Shown in pieces: positions 11,240 through 25,454 of a stretch of DNA of 64,000 bases. Location: positions 31,434,001-31,498,000 of the forward strand of contig NC_090343.1 in NCBI RefSeq assembly GCF_035084215.1, in the 5' to 3' direction. The position numbers and the translations under genes were made by a program. This DNA is from Heptranchias perlo. Taxonomy: Eukaryota. Below the pieces are notes generated by a model. It was not told where the DNA came from and did not search any database. It saw only the letters and a list, made by a program, of their open reading frames with translations. Numbering within the stretch: the stretch's first letter is position 1; each line of letters starts with the position of its first letter.

Positions 11240-13920
11240 GGATGAAATCAGAGCAATAGTGAGAAAGGATATTGGCTCAGAAAATCAAGATGTAGAATCA
11301 GTCTGGGTGGAGTTAAGAACCACAAAGGGGCAGAAAATACTGGTGGGAGTTGTCTATTGGTCTCCAAACAGTAGTGGTGATGTAGGGGATGGCATCAAAC
11401 AGGAAATTAGAGATGCATGTAACAAGGGTACTACAGTAATCATGGGTGACTTTAATCTACATATAGACTGGCCAAACCAAATTAGCAATAATACTTTGGA
11501 GGATGAATTCCTGGAGTGTGTACAAGATGTTTTTTTAGACCAGTACGTTGAGGAGCCAACCAGGGAACAGGCTATCCTAGATTGGGTATTGTGCAATGAG
11601 AAGGGGTTAATTAATAATCTTGTTGTGCGGGGTCCTTTAGGGAAGATTGACCATAACATGATAGAATTCTTCATTAAGATGGAAAGTGAAGTAGTCCAAT
11701 CCAAAACTAGGGTCCTAAATCTAAACAAAGGAAAATACGAAGGTATGAGGAGTGAGTTGGCTATGATAGATTGGGAAGCTACATTAAAAGGCATGACGGT
11801 GGATAGGCAATGGCTAACATTTAAGGAACGAATACATGAATTGCAACAATTATACATTCCTTTCTGGAGCAAAAACATGAAAGGAAAAGCGGCCCAACCA
11901 TGGCTAGCAAAAGAAATTAAGGATAGTATTAGATCCAAAGAGGAGTCAGATAAAGTTTCTAGGAAAAGTAGCAAGCCTGAGGATTGGGAGCAGCTTAGGA
12001 TTCAGCAAAAAAGGACCAAGAAATTGATTAAGAGGGGAAAAATAGAGTATGAGAGTAAACTTGCAAGGAACATAAAAGTGGACTGTAAAAGCTTCTACAA
12101 GAACGTAAAAAGAAAAAGATTAGTGAAGACAAATGTAGATCCCTTACTGTCAGAAACGGGAAAATTTATAATGGGGAACAAGGAAATGGCAGAGCAATTA
12201 AACAAATACTTTAGTTCTGTCTTCATGGAAGAGGACACAAATAACTTCCCAGAAAAGCTAGGGAACCAAGGGACTAGTGAGAAGGAGGAATTAAAGGAAA
12301 TTAGTATTCGTAAAAAAATAGTGCTGGAGAAATTAATGGGACTGAAAGCCGATAAATCCCCAGGACCTGATAATCTGCATCCCAGAGTACTAAAAGAGGT
12401 AGCCATGGAAATAGTGGATGCATTAGTTGTCATCTTCCAAAATTCTATAGATTATGGAACAGTTCCTGCAGATTGGAGGGTGGCAAATGTAACCCCACTA
12501 TTTAAAAAAGGAGGGAGAGAGAAAACAGGGAACTACAGACTGGTTAGCCTAACATCAGTAGTAGGGAAAATGCTAGAGTCTATTATAAAGGATGTGATAA
12601 CAGGGCATTTAGAAAATAGCAACGGGATTAGACAAAGTCAACATAGATTTATGAAAGGGAAATCATGTTTGACAAACCTACTGGAGTTTTTTGAGGATGT
12701 CACTGGTAGAATAGATAAGGGAGAAGCAGTGGATGTGGTTTATTTGGATTTTCAGAAGAACTTTGATAAAGTCCCACATAAGAGGTTAGTGTGCAAAATT
12801 AAACCACACGGAATTGGCGGTAATATACTGGCATGGATTGAAAATTGGTTAACAGACAGGAAACAGAGAGTAGCAATAAATGGGTCTTTTTCGGGTGGCA
12901 AGCAGTGACTTGTGGGGTACCTCAGGGATCAGTGCTTGGGCCTCAGCTATTCACAATATATATCAATGATTTGGATGAGGGAACCAAATGTAATATTTCC
13001 AAGTTTGCTGACGACACAAAACTAGGTGGGATTGTGGGTTGTGAGGAGGATGCAAAGAGGCTTCAAGGCGATTTAGACAAGTTAAGTGAGTGGGCAATAC
13101 ATGGCAGATGCAATGTAATGTGGATAAATGTGAAGTTGTCCACTTCGGAAGGAAAAACAGAAAGGCAGAGTATTATTTAAATGGTGATAGATTGGGAAAT
13201 GTTGATGTACAAAGGGACCTGGGTGCCCTTGTACACCAGTCACTGAAAGCAAACATGCAGATGCAGCAAGCAGTTAGGAAGACAAATGGTATGTTGGCCT
13301 TCATTGCAAGAGAATTTGAGTACAGGAGCAAGGCTGTCTTACTGCAGTTATACAGGGCCTTGGTGAGACCACACCTGGAGTATGGTGTGCAGTTTTGGTC
13401 TCCTTACTTGCCATAGAGGGAGTGCAGCGAAGGTTCACCAGACTGATTCCTGGGATGGCAGGACTGTCGTATGAGGCAAGATTGGGTCGACTCGGCCTGT
13501 ATTCTCTCGAGTTTGGAAGAATGAGAGGGGATCTTATTGAAACATATAAAATTCTGACAGGCCTAAACAGACTGGATACAGGGAGGATGTTTCCCTTGGC
13601 TGAGGGGTCCAGAACAAGGGGTCACAGTCTCAGGATATGGGGTAGGACATTTAGGACTGAGATGAGGAGAAATGTCTTCACTCAGAGGGTGGTAAACCTG
13701 TGGAATTCTCTACCACAGAAGGCTACGAAAGCCAAGTCACTGAATATATTTAAGAAGGAGCTAGATAGATTTCTAGACACAAAAGGCATCAAGGGGTATG
13801 GGGAGAGAGCGGGAATATGGTATTGAGATAAAGGATCAGCCATGATCATATTGAATGGCGGAGCAGGCCCGAAGGGCCAAATGGCCTACTCTTGCTCTTA
13901 TTTTCTATGTTTCTATGTTT
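11240..13920 (+). mobile_element. CR1 LINE (HER1-type), 5'-truncated, ORF2 with frameshifts
   Basis: ORFs 11259-12908, 12845-13180, 13090-13416 and 13395-13826 give APE (GDFN, LDWVL, DH) and RT ([14 protein letters not shown]) motifs. 3' UTR ends in TTCTATGT repeats. Confidence 0.95.
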
Positions 13921-15704
13921 CAACCTCCAGAAGACATCACAACTTTGTAGCAGTCTCCTTTGTGAAGCAGAGGTGCAAAGACAGGTCTCCTCTAACATAC
14001 CCAGGAAGAACCTTTTGCATCACTACATACAGATCCTGGGGTAAGTATATAACGCTTGAGGTATAACCACACATGCCTTTCTTGTCCCCTCAAGATCTGC
14101 CCCTCCTCCTCCAAATAAAGGACTGCCATTGGAATTCCCAAAGGAATTCCCATCTATCCACTTTAGTTGCAGCAAGTGAAATAGCAGCTAGAAACAAGAC
14201 TGTTATAAGAAACATGTTTGGAAACAAAAGTCTTGCAACGTGAAAAATAAAGTCTTAACAAAAATCAATGCACCAGCAAAAATGCTGATAAAGCAATATA
14301 ATAAGGCAAAATAACTTTCCAACTACTAACAAAAGGTGATACACACCTTTAAGAAGCCAATTCACACAGGCCAGGTTATCCATATACTGCTGTTCCTATT
14401 TTATGTGGGCACGCAGTTCTTTCAGCGAACACGTAGTAGAATACTATGAAATCCGATGTTGGACATATTTTTAATAACTACAATCTTTAATGTCACCAGC
14501 AGGGCCTCCAAAAATTTGTTATCTTTTTGTTACTAAATGCAGCATGCTGAGAATTGGGCAAATTAGCTTGCACACCCAATTTCACAAGCCATGCCCACCC
14601 TAGCGAGGATCCATGCCACCAACAAAGTATCGCAAAATTAGGGCTAATGAATAGCTGGGAGTAGCAGAGACAGGCCTGGCTATAGACTGACACTAGATCA
14701 TGCTATATTGTTTTATTTTTACACATGGAAATGGAATCACAATGTCTTTTCTGTTTATATGCAAACCCAATGGTATACAAGCTTATTGTGTTTGTTGTTC
14801 CTAGGTATTTGCATGACAGTTGCTTTTACTATACTTTGTTTTCTTTTTCACTGGTCTCATCAGGCAGCTAACCCTGACAGTGTAATGTTGTAACAGTCTT
14901 CGAAAAAACAATTTATTATTAATAACTCTCATTCAACAGATATGCTCTACAATTTAGTAATTTTGAACATTTTACAAATAATCTCAAAAATATACTACTA
15001 ATTAGGTGCACTACACCTTAACCTGAAGGACGCATACAATTGTTGTTGGAGTGAGTCATTGTTGATCTACCCTGTAACATGAACCCATCCTTGTCTCACT
15101 GCCAAATGGATAATGTGTTGCCATGGAGCTCTTGACATCAGCAATGTACCTGTTCTTGGGAATGCACAGAGAAAGGAACAAACATCACTTAGATATGCTT
15201 TGACAAGCACGTACACTTGGTGGATGAGCTTGAACCACACCTATTAAGCACTTGCCTTTTACCTACATAGGCAAGGATGTTTCTTGAACCTTTAGTGATG
15301 AGTTTAAATCCTATATTTAATATGTACCTTGTTCTATTTTTGTTTCCTCTCATTCATATATAGAGTAACCATCCTCCATTCCAAATATTCACACAAAAAT
15401 CTACTTAATTATTCCATCGGTAAATTAGGGGAATATTATTAACCCTTAAAGTGCCAATCGAAATATTTGTGGTAAGTTCACCATATAAAGTTTCTATTTA
15501 TTCGGAAGGGTAAAGATCAAAAAATAAAATTCATCAAGTTATTCTGATGACTTTTGCAACAACATTCCCTGAAACACTTTGTAACATTATCATTCCATTA
15601 TTACGCAACAATTTGTAAGGCTGTAAATTCAATTGAATTCAGTAGGAAGGAGACTCATCAGATTTTATATTTCACCTTTCTAAACTGGGAAGTCTCTTGT
15701 CCCT

Positions 15705-18030
15705 CATAGAATCATAGAAAGGTTACAGCACAGAAGGAGGCCATTCGGCCCAACGAGTTCGTCCGGCTCTATGCACGAGCAATCCAGCTAGTCCCACTCC
15801 CCCACCCTGTCCCCGTAGCCCTGCACATTTTTTCGTTTCAAGTACTTATCCAGTTCCCTTTTGAAGGCCATGATTGACTCTGTCTCCACCATTCCCTTGG
15901 GCAGTGCATCCCAGATTCCAGATCACTTAGGAACATAGGAACAGGAGTAAGCCATTCAGCCCCTCATGCCTGCTCCGCCATTTGATAAGATCATGGCTGA
16001 TCTGTGATCTAACTCCATATACCTGCCTTTGGCCCATATCCCTTAATACCTTTGGTTGCCAAAAAGCTATCTATCTCAGATTTAAATTTAGCAATTGAGC
16101 TAGTATCAATTGCCGTTTGCGGAAGAGAGTTCCCATCTTCTACAGCCCTTTGTATGTAGAAATGTTTTCTAATCTCGATCCTGAAAGGTCTGGCTCTAAT
16201 TTTTGGACTGTGCCCCCACTCCTAAAATCCCCAACTAGCGGAAATAGTTTCTCTCTATCCACCCTATCTGTTCCCCTTAATATCTTATAAACTTCGATCA
16301 GATCACCCCTTAACCTTCGAAACTCCAGAGAATACAACCCCAATTTGTGTAATCTCGCCTCGTAACTTAACCCTTGAAGGCCGGGTATCATTCTAGTAAA
16401 CCTACGCTGCACTCCCTCCAAGGCCAATATGTCCTTCCGAAGGTGCGGTGCCCAGAATTGCTCACAGTACTCCAGGTGCGGTCTAACCAGGGTTTTGTAT
16501 AGCTGCAGCATAACTTCTGCCCCCTTGTACTCTAGTCCTCTAGATATAAAGGCCAGCATTCCATTAGCCTTCTTGATTATTTTCTGCACCTGTTCATGAC
16601 ACTTCAATGATCTATGTACCTGAACCCCTAAGTCCCTTTGACCATCCACTGCATAAAAAAGTTTTTCCTCATGTCACCTTTGGTTCTTTTACCAATCATC
16701 TTAAATGTATGCCCTCTGGTTCTTGACCCTTCCACCAATGAGAAGAGTTTCTCTCTATCTAACCTATCTAGATCCTTCATGATTTTGAATACCTCTATCA
16801 AATCTCCTCTCAAGCATCTCTGTTCCAAGGAGAACAATCCCAGCTTCTCCAGTCTATCCATGTAATTTAAGTGCCTCATCCCTGGAATCATTTTAGTAAA
16901 TCTCTTCTGCACCCTCTCTAAGGCCTTCACATCCTTCCTAAAGTGCAGTGTCCAGAACTGGACACAGTACTCCAGTTGTGGTCGAACCAGTGTTTTATAA
17001 AGGTTCATCATGATTCCTTGCTTTTGTGCTCTATGCCTCTATTTATAAAGCCCAGGACCCCGTGTGCTTTTTTAAAATGCTTTCTCAACCTGCTCTGCCA
17101 CCTTCAACGATTTGTGCACATATACCTCCAGATCCTTCTGTTCCTCTGCCTCTTTTAGAATTGTGCCCTCTAATTTATATTGCCTCTCCTCATTTTTCCT
17201 ACTGAAAAGCATCACCTCGCATTTTTCCGCGTTAAACTTCATCTGCCACGTGTCTGCCCATGCCACCAGCATCTTGAAGTCTATCACTGTCCTCCTCACT
17301 GTTCACTACCCATTCCAAGTTTTGTGTCATCTGCAAATTTGGAAATTGTGCCCTGTACTCCCAAGTCCAAGTCATTAATATATATCAAGAAAAGCAGCGG
17401 TCCCAGCACCGACCCCTGGGGAACACTGCTGCACCCTCCAGTCTAAAAAACAACCGTTCACCACTACTCTCTGTTTCCTGTCATTTAACCAATTCTGTAT
17501 CCATGTTGCTATTGTCCCCTTTATTCCATGGGCCGCAATCTTAATAGCAAGCCTAACATGTGGCACTTTATCAAACGCTTTTTGAAAATCCATATACGCC
17601 TCATCAACTGCATTGCCCTCATCTACCCTCTCTGTTACCTCATCAAAAAACTCTATCAAGCTGGTTAAACACTATTTGCCTTTAACAAATCCATGCTGGC
17701 TTTCCCTAATCAATCCACACTCATCCAAGTGACTATTAATTCTGTCCTGGATTATCGTTTCCACATGTTTCCCCACCACCAAGGTTAAACTGACTGGCCT
17801 ATAGTTGCTGGATTTATCTTTACACCCTTTTTTGAACAGGGGTGTAACATTTACAATTCTCCAGTCCTCTGACACCACCCCCATATCTAAGGATGTCTGG
17901 AAGATTATGGCCAGTACCTCTGCAATTTCTCCCCTTACTTCCCTCAGAATCCTAGGATGCAAGCCATCCAGATCAGGTGACTTATCTATTTTAAGTACAG
18001 CTAGCCTTTCTAGTACCTCTTCTTTCCCAA
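15705..18030 (-). mobile_element. CR1 LINE, 5'-truncated, interrupted by a second CR1 at 15927-16640
   Basis: Tail (CATAGAAT repeats) at 15705. The sequence breaks at CCAGATCAC (15926) and resumes at 16641. RT ORFs 16628-18043. The uninterrupted homologue is visible at 54380-54480. Confidence 0.9.
15927..16640 (-). mobile_element. Younger CR1 3' fragment nested in another CR1
   Basis: Has its own tail (TAGGAACA repeats at 15928) and ORF 16140-16649 (QRDLGVQVH...LVRPHLEYC...RRLRGDLIE). Confidence 0.9.
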
Positions 18031-18819
18031 TTATTAGCCACACATTTCCATTGGTGATTTACACATATATCTGTTTGTTTTATTTAGAACTCTTACCTTA
18101 TCATCTTACAAGCAGTGACTATCACCATCATCCGCTAACTTAATCTAAACCACAACACACAATCTGCTTTTAGAATTGTCATGGTGATTTCTTCAGGAAA
18201 GACCAATTTCCCCTTCACGTCTACTCTCGTTTCCCCATCTGTGTCATTGCTACAATCGTTCCCTGATTCTTCTTCCTTCTTTGTTTCTTGTTCAAGTTGC
18301 AACAATTATAATAAAATGGAATCTTCCTTGCCATGTTTTTGATGATAGAAATTTGACTGCAAATGGTGGTTGTATGTCATTGTCTTTGTGTTGCCAACAG
18401 CAACATTTGCCCTTAGTTTGAGTCAGTGCTCACACTGTCCTGACTGTATAGAGTTCCTGTTTATTTAGCAAAGTATGGATAGCCTTGTGAAATGTGTTGC
18501 AATTTCCCTGTTTTTACCAACAGTATAGCTATCTTACTGTGTTATTTTCCAGCGATATAAAATTGTCTTCAATGCATAAAAAATGATTAAACTTGTCAAA
18601 GAAAATATGACAATTATCAATAAAGTGTTCTATCTCCAATGATCCACCCAAGTCAAACGGTTGGTCCATTAGAGTTTCATACACATATGGTTGTTGATAT
18701 TTGTACAAATAAATCTAATCAATAATTAGAGATCACTACTTGGTTCATTTGAATATAAGAGATCAAAACAAAATTTGACGAAAGTTGGGAAAAGGATAAA
18801 GAATTTCCTCATATCGTCT

Positions 18820-19300
18820 CACCTCACTCCCTTTGTGACAATTTTAAATTGATGACCCCTCGTCACTGACTGCCCAACCAGAGAAAATAATCTTTCCTTA
18901 TTCATCCTATCAAAACCCTTCATAATTCTAAAAACCTCAATTAAATCTCCTCTTAGTCTTCTCTGTTCCAGTGGAAATAGTCCCAGTATCTCAAGTGTAT
19001 CCTCATAACTATAGTTTCTCATCCTTGATATCATCCTGGTGAATCTGCGCTGTACACTCTCTATGGCTTTAATTTACTTTCATTAATAGGGTGCCCAGAA
19101 CGGCAAACAAATAATACTCATGACTGCAGTCTAACCTTTGCCTTGTACAACCTTATCATTACCTCTTTGTTTTTGAACTCGATGCTCCTATTTATAAAAC
19201 TCAAAATGCTATTAACCTTTTTTTATGCACTTGCGCTTTCAAGGAGTTATGTATTTGAATCCTTAGATCGTTCGGTTCATCTACACCTAACTTTCCATTG
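18820..19300 (-). mobile_element. Old CR1 RT C-terminal fragment
   Basis: ORF 18819-19034: LGLFPLEQRRLRGDLIEVFRIMKG...TRGH. Confidence 0.8.
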
Positions 19301-19307
19301 AATGTTC

Positions 19308-20876
19308 CTTTTTATTCATTCATGGGATGTAGACGTCGCTGGCAAGGTCAGTATTTATTACCCATCCCTAATTGCCCTTGAGAAGGTGGTGGTGAGCCGC
19401 CTTCTTGAACCGCTGCAGCCCATGTGGTGAAGGTTCTCCCACAGTGCTGTTAGGAAGGGAGTTCCAGGATTTTGACCCAGCAACGATGAAGGAACGGCGA
19501 TATATTTCCAAGTCAGGATGGTGTGTGACTTGGAGGAGAATGTGCAGGTAGTGTTGTTCCCATTTGCCTGCTGCCCTTGTCCTTCTAGGTGGTAGAGGTT
19601 GTGGGTTTGGGAGGTGCTGTCGAAGAAGCCTTGGAGAGTTGCTGCAGTGCATCTTGTAGATGGCACACACTGCAGCAACAATGCGCCGGTGGTGGAGGAA
19701 GTGAATGTTTAAGGTGGTGAATCAAGCGGGCTGCTTTATCCTGGATGGTGTTCAGCTTCTTGAATGCTGTCGGAGCTGCACTCATCCAGGCAAGTGGAGA
19801 GTATTCCATCACACTCCTGACTTGTGCCTTGTAGACGGTGAAAAGGCTTTGGGGAGTAAGGAGGTGAGTAACTCGCCACAGAATACCCAGCCTTTGACCT
19901 GCTCTTGCAGCCACAGTATTTATGTGGCTGATCCAGTTAAGTTTCTGGTCAATGGTGACCCTTAGGATATTGATGGTGGTGGATTGGGCGATGGTAATGC
20001 CGTTGAATGTCAAGCGGAGGTGGTTAGACTTTCTTTTGTTGGAGATGGTCATTGCCTGCCACTTGCCTGGCGTGAATGTTGCTTTCAACTTATGAGACCA
20101 AGCCTGGATGTTGTCCGGGTCTTGCTGCCGGGCAACAAGTCCTGCGGGCACGGACTGCTTCATTATCTGAGGGGTTGCAAATGGAACTGAACACTGTGCA
20201 ATCATCGGCAAACATCCCCATTTCTGACCTTATGATGAAGGTCAGAAGTGAGGATGAAGCAGCTGAAGATGTTTGGGCCTAGGACACTGCCCTGAGGAAC
20301 TCCTGTAGCAATGTCCTGGGGCTGAGATGATTGGTCTCCAACAACCACTACCATCTTCCTTTGTGCTAGGTATGATTCCAGCCTCTGGAGAGTTTTCCCC
20401 CTGATTCCCATTGACTTCAATTTTACTGGGGCTCCTTGATGCCACACTTGGTCAAAGGCTGCCTTTGATGTCAAGGGCAGTCACTCTCACCTCACCTCTG
20501 GAATTCAGCTCTTTTGTCCATGTTTGGACCAAGGCTGTAATGAGGTCTGGAGCCGAGTGGTCCTGGCGGAACCCAAACTGAGCATCTGTGAGCAGACTAT
20601 TGGTGAGTAAGTGCCATTTGATAGCACTGTCAATGACACCTTCCATCACTTTGCTGATGATTGAGAGTCGACTGATGGGGTGGTAAATGGCTAGATTTGA
20701 TTTGTCCTGCTTTCTGTGGACAGGGCATAACTGGGCAATTTTGCACTTTGTCAGTTAGATGCCAGTGTTGTAGCTGTACTGGAACAGCTTGGCTAATTCT
20801 GGAGCACAATTCTTCAGCACTACAGCCGGGATGTTGTCAGGACCCATAACCTTTGCTGTATCTAGTGCACTCAGCT
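19308..20876 (-). mobile_element. 5'-truncated copy of the CR1/Jockey-group LINE (family of 5185-8415)
   Basis: Colinear with 5190-6755. RT ORF fragments 19368-20649. Confidence 0.92.
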
Positions 20877-20879
20877 TCA

Positions 20880-23392
20880 GTTACAGTGGGTTTTCAACTT
20901 GCATCTCAACTCATCATGTCCTCTCTCCTCTGAGTTCACTGCCCTCGCCTCCTTTAATCTTTCCCTCCATGTATACTCCCCTACCCATATTAATGGCCAC
21001 CCCCTCGATCGTGCCATCTGACGTGGCCTCTCTATTCCCATCATGTCAATCACAGATAAGGCTATCTCTGATCACTTCCTTGTATCCCCCTCTCCAGTCA
21101 CATTGCCCTTACCCCTCCCAACCTCACTTCCTTCTATGTCTGCCCCTGGGAAAAAATTCTTCCCCAAGTCAATTACAATAGCACTTTCAAATTCCCAACT
21201 GTCTAGCCTTTGGCCCTCCATTCACCACAACATTTCTGTAGCTCAATCACACCCTCACCTCCACCTTTGATGCCCTTGTCCCCTTTAAAACCATTACCGT
21301 CTCTCACCCTGGTCATTCCCCCTGGTATGGCTCTCAACTCCGCTCCTTTAAGTTCAAAGGTCGCAGACTTCAACGTTTATAGTAGACAACTGGTTTAGCC
21401 ATTCATCATCAGATCTGGCTGGACCACATAAAGCACTATTGGGTCCTGTTCTCCTCTGCCAAAACTGCTCACTATTCCAGGATCATCCTGGAACACAAAG
21501 ATAACCCCCTGCTTCTCTTCTCCACTACAAACCGTCTTCTGAATCCCTTCTCCCCTGCCCCCTCCACCCTCACCTCCAACAACAAGTGTAAGGAGCTCAT
21601 GGACTTCTTTGTCACTAAGATTGAGACCATCCATTGAGCTGCCTCTGTCGCTTCCCTCCTTCCCCGAGCCCACAAAACCAAACTTCCCCTAAGGTTCCCT
21701 CCTGCCCTAGTCCTGAACTTGCATTGTTCTATAGTCTCTCCCCTATCTCCCCTCATGCCCTCTCCGAGCTCATCTTGCCCATGAAACCCATCTCCTATTC
21801 CCTCGACCCCATTCCCACCAAACTGCTAACCACTCAACTTCCCTTCCTGGCCCCCATGTTAGCTGATATTGTTAACGGTTCCCTCCCCTCAGGTACTGTC
21901 CTCCTCCCCTTCAAATCTGCCATCATCTCATACCTCCTCAAAAAACCCACTCTTGACCCCTCTGTTCTTGCAAACTACCATCCCACCTCCAACTTCCCTT
22001 TCCTCTCCAAAGTCCTCGAACATGTTGTTGCCTCCCAAATCTGTGTCCATATTCCATGTCTGAACCCCTCCAATCAGGTTTCCGCCCCTGCCACAGCACT
22101 AAAACAGCTCTTATCAAAGTCACAAATTATGACTTATCTGACTGTGACCATGCTAAACCATTCCTCCTCATCCTTCTTGACCTGTCTGCAGCCTTTGACC
22201 TGGTTGACCACACCATCCTCCTCCAACGCCTCTCCTCTGTCGTCCAGCTCGGTGGGACTGCCCTGGCCTGGTTCCATTCCTATCTATCCAGTCGTAGCCA
22301 GAGAATCACCTGCAATGACTTCTCTTCCTGCTCCCACACCATTACCTCTGGAGTCCCCCAAGGATCTATCCTTGGCTCCCTCCTATTTCTCATCTACCTG
22401 CTACCACTTGGCGACATCATCCGAAAACACAACATCAGGTTCCACATGTATGCTGACGACACCCAGTTCTACCTCACCACCATCTCTCTTGACTCCTCCA
22501 TTGCCTTTGATTTGTCCCGCTGCTTGTCCGACATTTAGTACTGGATGAGCAGAAATTTCTTCCAACTAAATATTGGGAAGACCGAAGCCATTGTCTTCAG
22601 TCCACGCCACAAACTCCGTTCCCTGGCCACCAACTCCATTCCTCTCCTTAACCATTGACTGAGGTTGAACCAGACTGTTCGCAACCTTGGCGTCCTATTT
22701 GACCCTGAGATGAGCTTCCGACCATATATCCGCTCCATCATCAATACTGCCTACTTCCACCTCTGTAACATTGCCGGTTTCCACCTCTGCCTCAGCTCAT
22801 CTACTGCTGAGACCCTCATCCATGCCTTTGTTACCTCTAGACTTGACTATTCCAATGCTCTCCTGGCTGGCCTCCCATTTTCCACCCTCCATAAACTTGA
22901 GCTCATCCAAAATTCTGTTGCCCGTATCCTAACTCACACCAAGTCCTGTTCATCCATCACCCCTACGTTCGCTGACATTGGCTGTTGGTCTGGCAATGCC
23001 TCGATTTTAAAATTCTCATCCTTGTTTTCAAATCCCTCCTTGGCCTTGTGCCTCTCTATCTCTGTAACCTCCTCCAGCCCTACAACTCTTCTTGATCTCT
23101 GTGCTCTTCCAATTCTGGCCTCTTGCGCATCGCCGATTTTAATCGCTCCACCATTGGCAGCCGTGCCTTCAGCTGACTAGGCCCTAAGCTCTGCAATTCC
23201 CTCCCTAAAGCTTTCCGGCTCTCTACCTCTCTCTCCTCCTTTAAGATGTTCCTTAAAACCCACTTCCCACCTGTCCTAATATTTCCATATATGGCTCCGT
23301 GTCAAATTTTGTTTGACAACGCTCCCGTGAAGCACCTTGGGACATTTTACTATGTTATAGGTGCTATATAAATGCAAGTTGTTGTTGCTGTT
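20880..23392 (+). mobile_element. L2 (LINE2) element, 5'-truncated
   Basis: C/T-rich sense strand. LDPIPTKLL, QSGFRPCHST.TAL.KVTN, LDLSAAFD.VDH, GVPQGSILG, YADD and LIHAFVTSRLDYSN motifs. Tail GCTATATAAATGCAAGTTGTTGTTG. Confidence 0.93.
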
Positions 23393-24889
23393 TCTGATAA
23401 ATTTGTAGACAATATTTGGCACTTTTTACGTCAACATAAGCATTTCTTATATGTTCTATTAAAAGTAAATTAAAAATATAAAATAATGCATAGAATTTTT
23501 AAAAAATCAAATAAAAAGTGTAAAAATATGAAAAGAGAGAAAAGACTAGCACTAAAAAGGTACTTGGAAAAAGAAAGTAAAATAATATGAAGGAAATCTG
23601 CCCTTAAGAGTTCTATTGAGTAAGGAGTTTCCTTTTATAACCAGTCTAGATGGATGAGCAATGCACGCAGTACAATGTTGTCCTAAATGAATGCACATAT
23701 ACTTCAATTAAACCCATTTTAATCAATCGTAATATTGAAATTAAGTTGTCCCCCATTTCTGGCTAGCCAAAAAGTCATGTACTACAGAAAGTTGTGCAGG
23801 GGTCCTGTGAAAGTGATTCCTTACCCAATGTCCCAACTCTTGCACATCCTGCACTGGTGAAACTCAGGAAAGAAAATATGCCCCCAGTCAGGCATAATGC
23901 AGACACCAGTGACAGTCTATCACAAATTTCAGAGTTAAGTTTGAGCCTAGTCTCTTCTCTGCATCACTTCTAATCTCTGTTGTGGACTTCCAGGTCTTCA
24001 CCGAATCCAAATGCACCTTTTTCATGTTTCCTCATAAGACTTATTTTAAAGGAGCTAGGGACCAACTTGTTCAAACCCAGATATTTTATTAATATCAATA
24101 AAAGCAGAAAACAAGTTAAGACACTACTGAACATCAGAAGTTAGCAATTCTAATGAGAATTGATACTAATTTTTCTGCAAATGAAATATAATTGTGTCCT
24201 AGCCCAGACCTTCAGATTTAAGTAAGTTCGTTACTTGCGAATTTTATATATATAAAAATTATATATAAAAAACAAAATGTAGTGGCATCTCAATGGTACA
24301 GACTTCTTTAAGTGGGCTTCATTGCACTTATTCCTGGTTTAAGCAAAGTGGCACATGATAAAGGATGTGAATGAGAAAATTATGGAGGAAAATTTCCTCT
24401 GTGCACTATTTGTGGCAAAATGTGAACATGTAAATTTGTACAGAAAGAAGTATTGACTTCTGTCGATGAAGCACAAAGCAAATGCAGGGGTGGGAACAAT
24501 TATCAGAATGAGATCTATTATCAGGCCAGGGCTAGGCACACTAATAAGATGTTTGTACAGACCTGCACAGTTTCACATTTGGAACAATTTGTGAGGCTGC
24601 ACCTAACCTCAGACTAAAGGCGAGAAACAAAGTGCACTGAATGGTTGGGTGTACAATAGCTGAAGCTAAATTTACTGTTTTGTCCTTGTTTTCACCTCAG
24701 CAAAGTTCACAGTGTCAATGCCAAAGAGCAATATCTGGCATAAAGTGCACTTGTAATATAAGGAAACACCTAAGAAAGAATAACAACATGAAGCATATTA
24801 CACCCCTCTTGTCTCTAAGTTGAATAGATTGTTTTGTGCTCTTACTAATGTAGATAATGCCATGAATTTTATAAACAGGTGGAGACCAG

Positions 24890-25454
24890 GGGCTCAATTT
24901 TCAATCCTCCCACCCAATGGAAATGGGACACCGGGCCCCAAAAGTGGCATGGAAGAATTTACAGCCACATTGCTGCCATCGCTGTGGCCATCTCCATTTT
25001 GCTGGGGTCCTCCAAATAGGCAGCCCGGGTGACCGCCTGAAGAGAGCAAACAGCTCATTTAGGTATTTAAATTGGGGTCCTATGATATCAATAGGACCCT
25101 GATACCATTCTAGCACAGGACTGAACTGGGCGGAGCAAGCGCTGTGGGGCCGGGAGGAGCAGGAATGCTCCTTCAGGCTGCGCAAAACCAGCCTGGGCTG
25201 CTGCCACTCTGGCTCCCCCTGTCTCTCCAGAGATCAAGCCCCCCTCTCCCATGGACCTACCTTCTTCTGGCTTGGAGGACTGCCAGGCTGCCCCGGGGCG
25301 CTTGGTCTCCAGCTGCAGCCCACCGTCCTGATGCTAATGTGGTCTGGCCCTCAAAATGGACCAGGCCTCCCACCGTGAGTATCAGGTGGTCGGCCAACAC
25401 ATTCCACCATCCAGCCCCCAGAAGTCTGCTCGGGGAGGAAGGGGAGTCTACCCC
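24890..25454. mobile_element. Non-autonomous DNA transposon (MITE), Harbinger-like
   Basis: GGGCTCAATTTTC ... GGAGTCTACCCC termini with CAG on both flanks. GC-rich interior. Confidence 0.55.

Noticed and set aside
11354-12433. Long minus-strand ORFs (206 aa and 112 aa) and similar antisense ORFs at 5616-6171, 41711-44356 and 48158-48565
   Set aside because: They are antisense shadows of LINE ORF2 with no independent protein features.
13921-14046. Possible exon ending CCTGGG/GTAAGT
   Set aside because: There is no acceptor or recognisable product. The same CCTGGGGTAAGT motif occurs inside the Harbinger near 2475, so it may be TE-derived.
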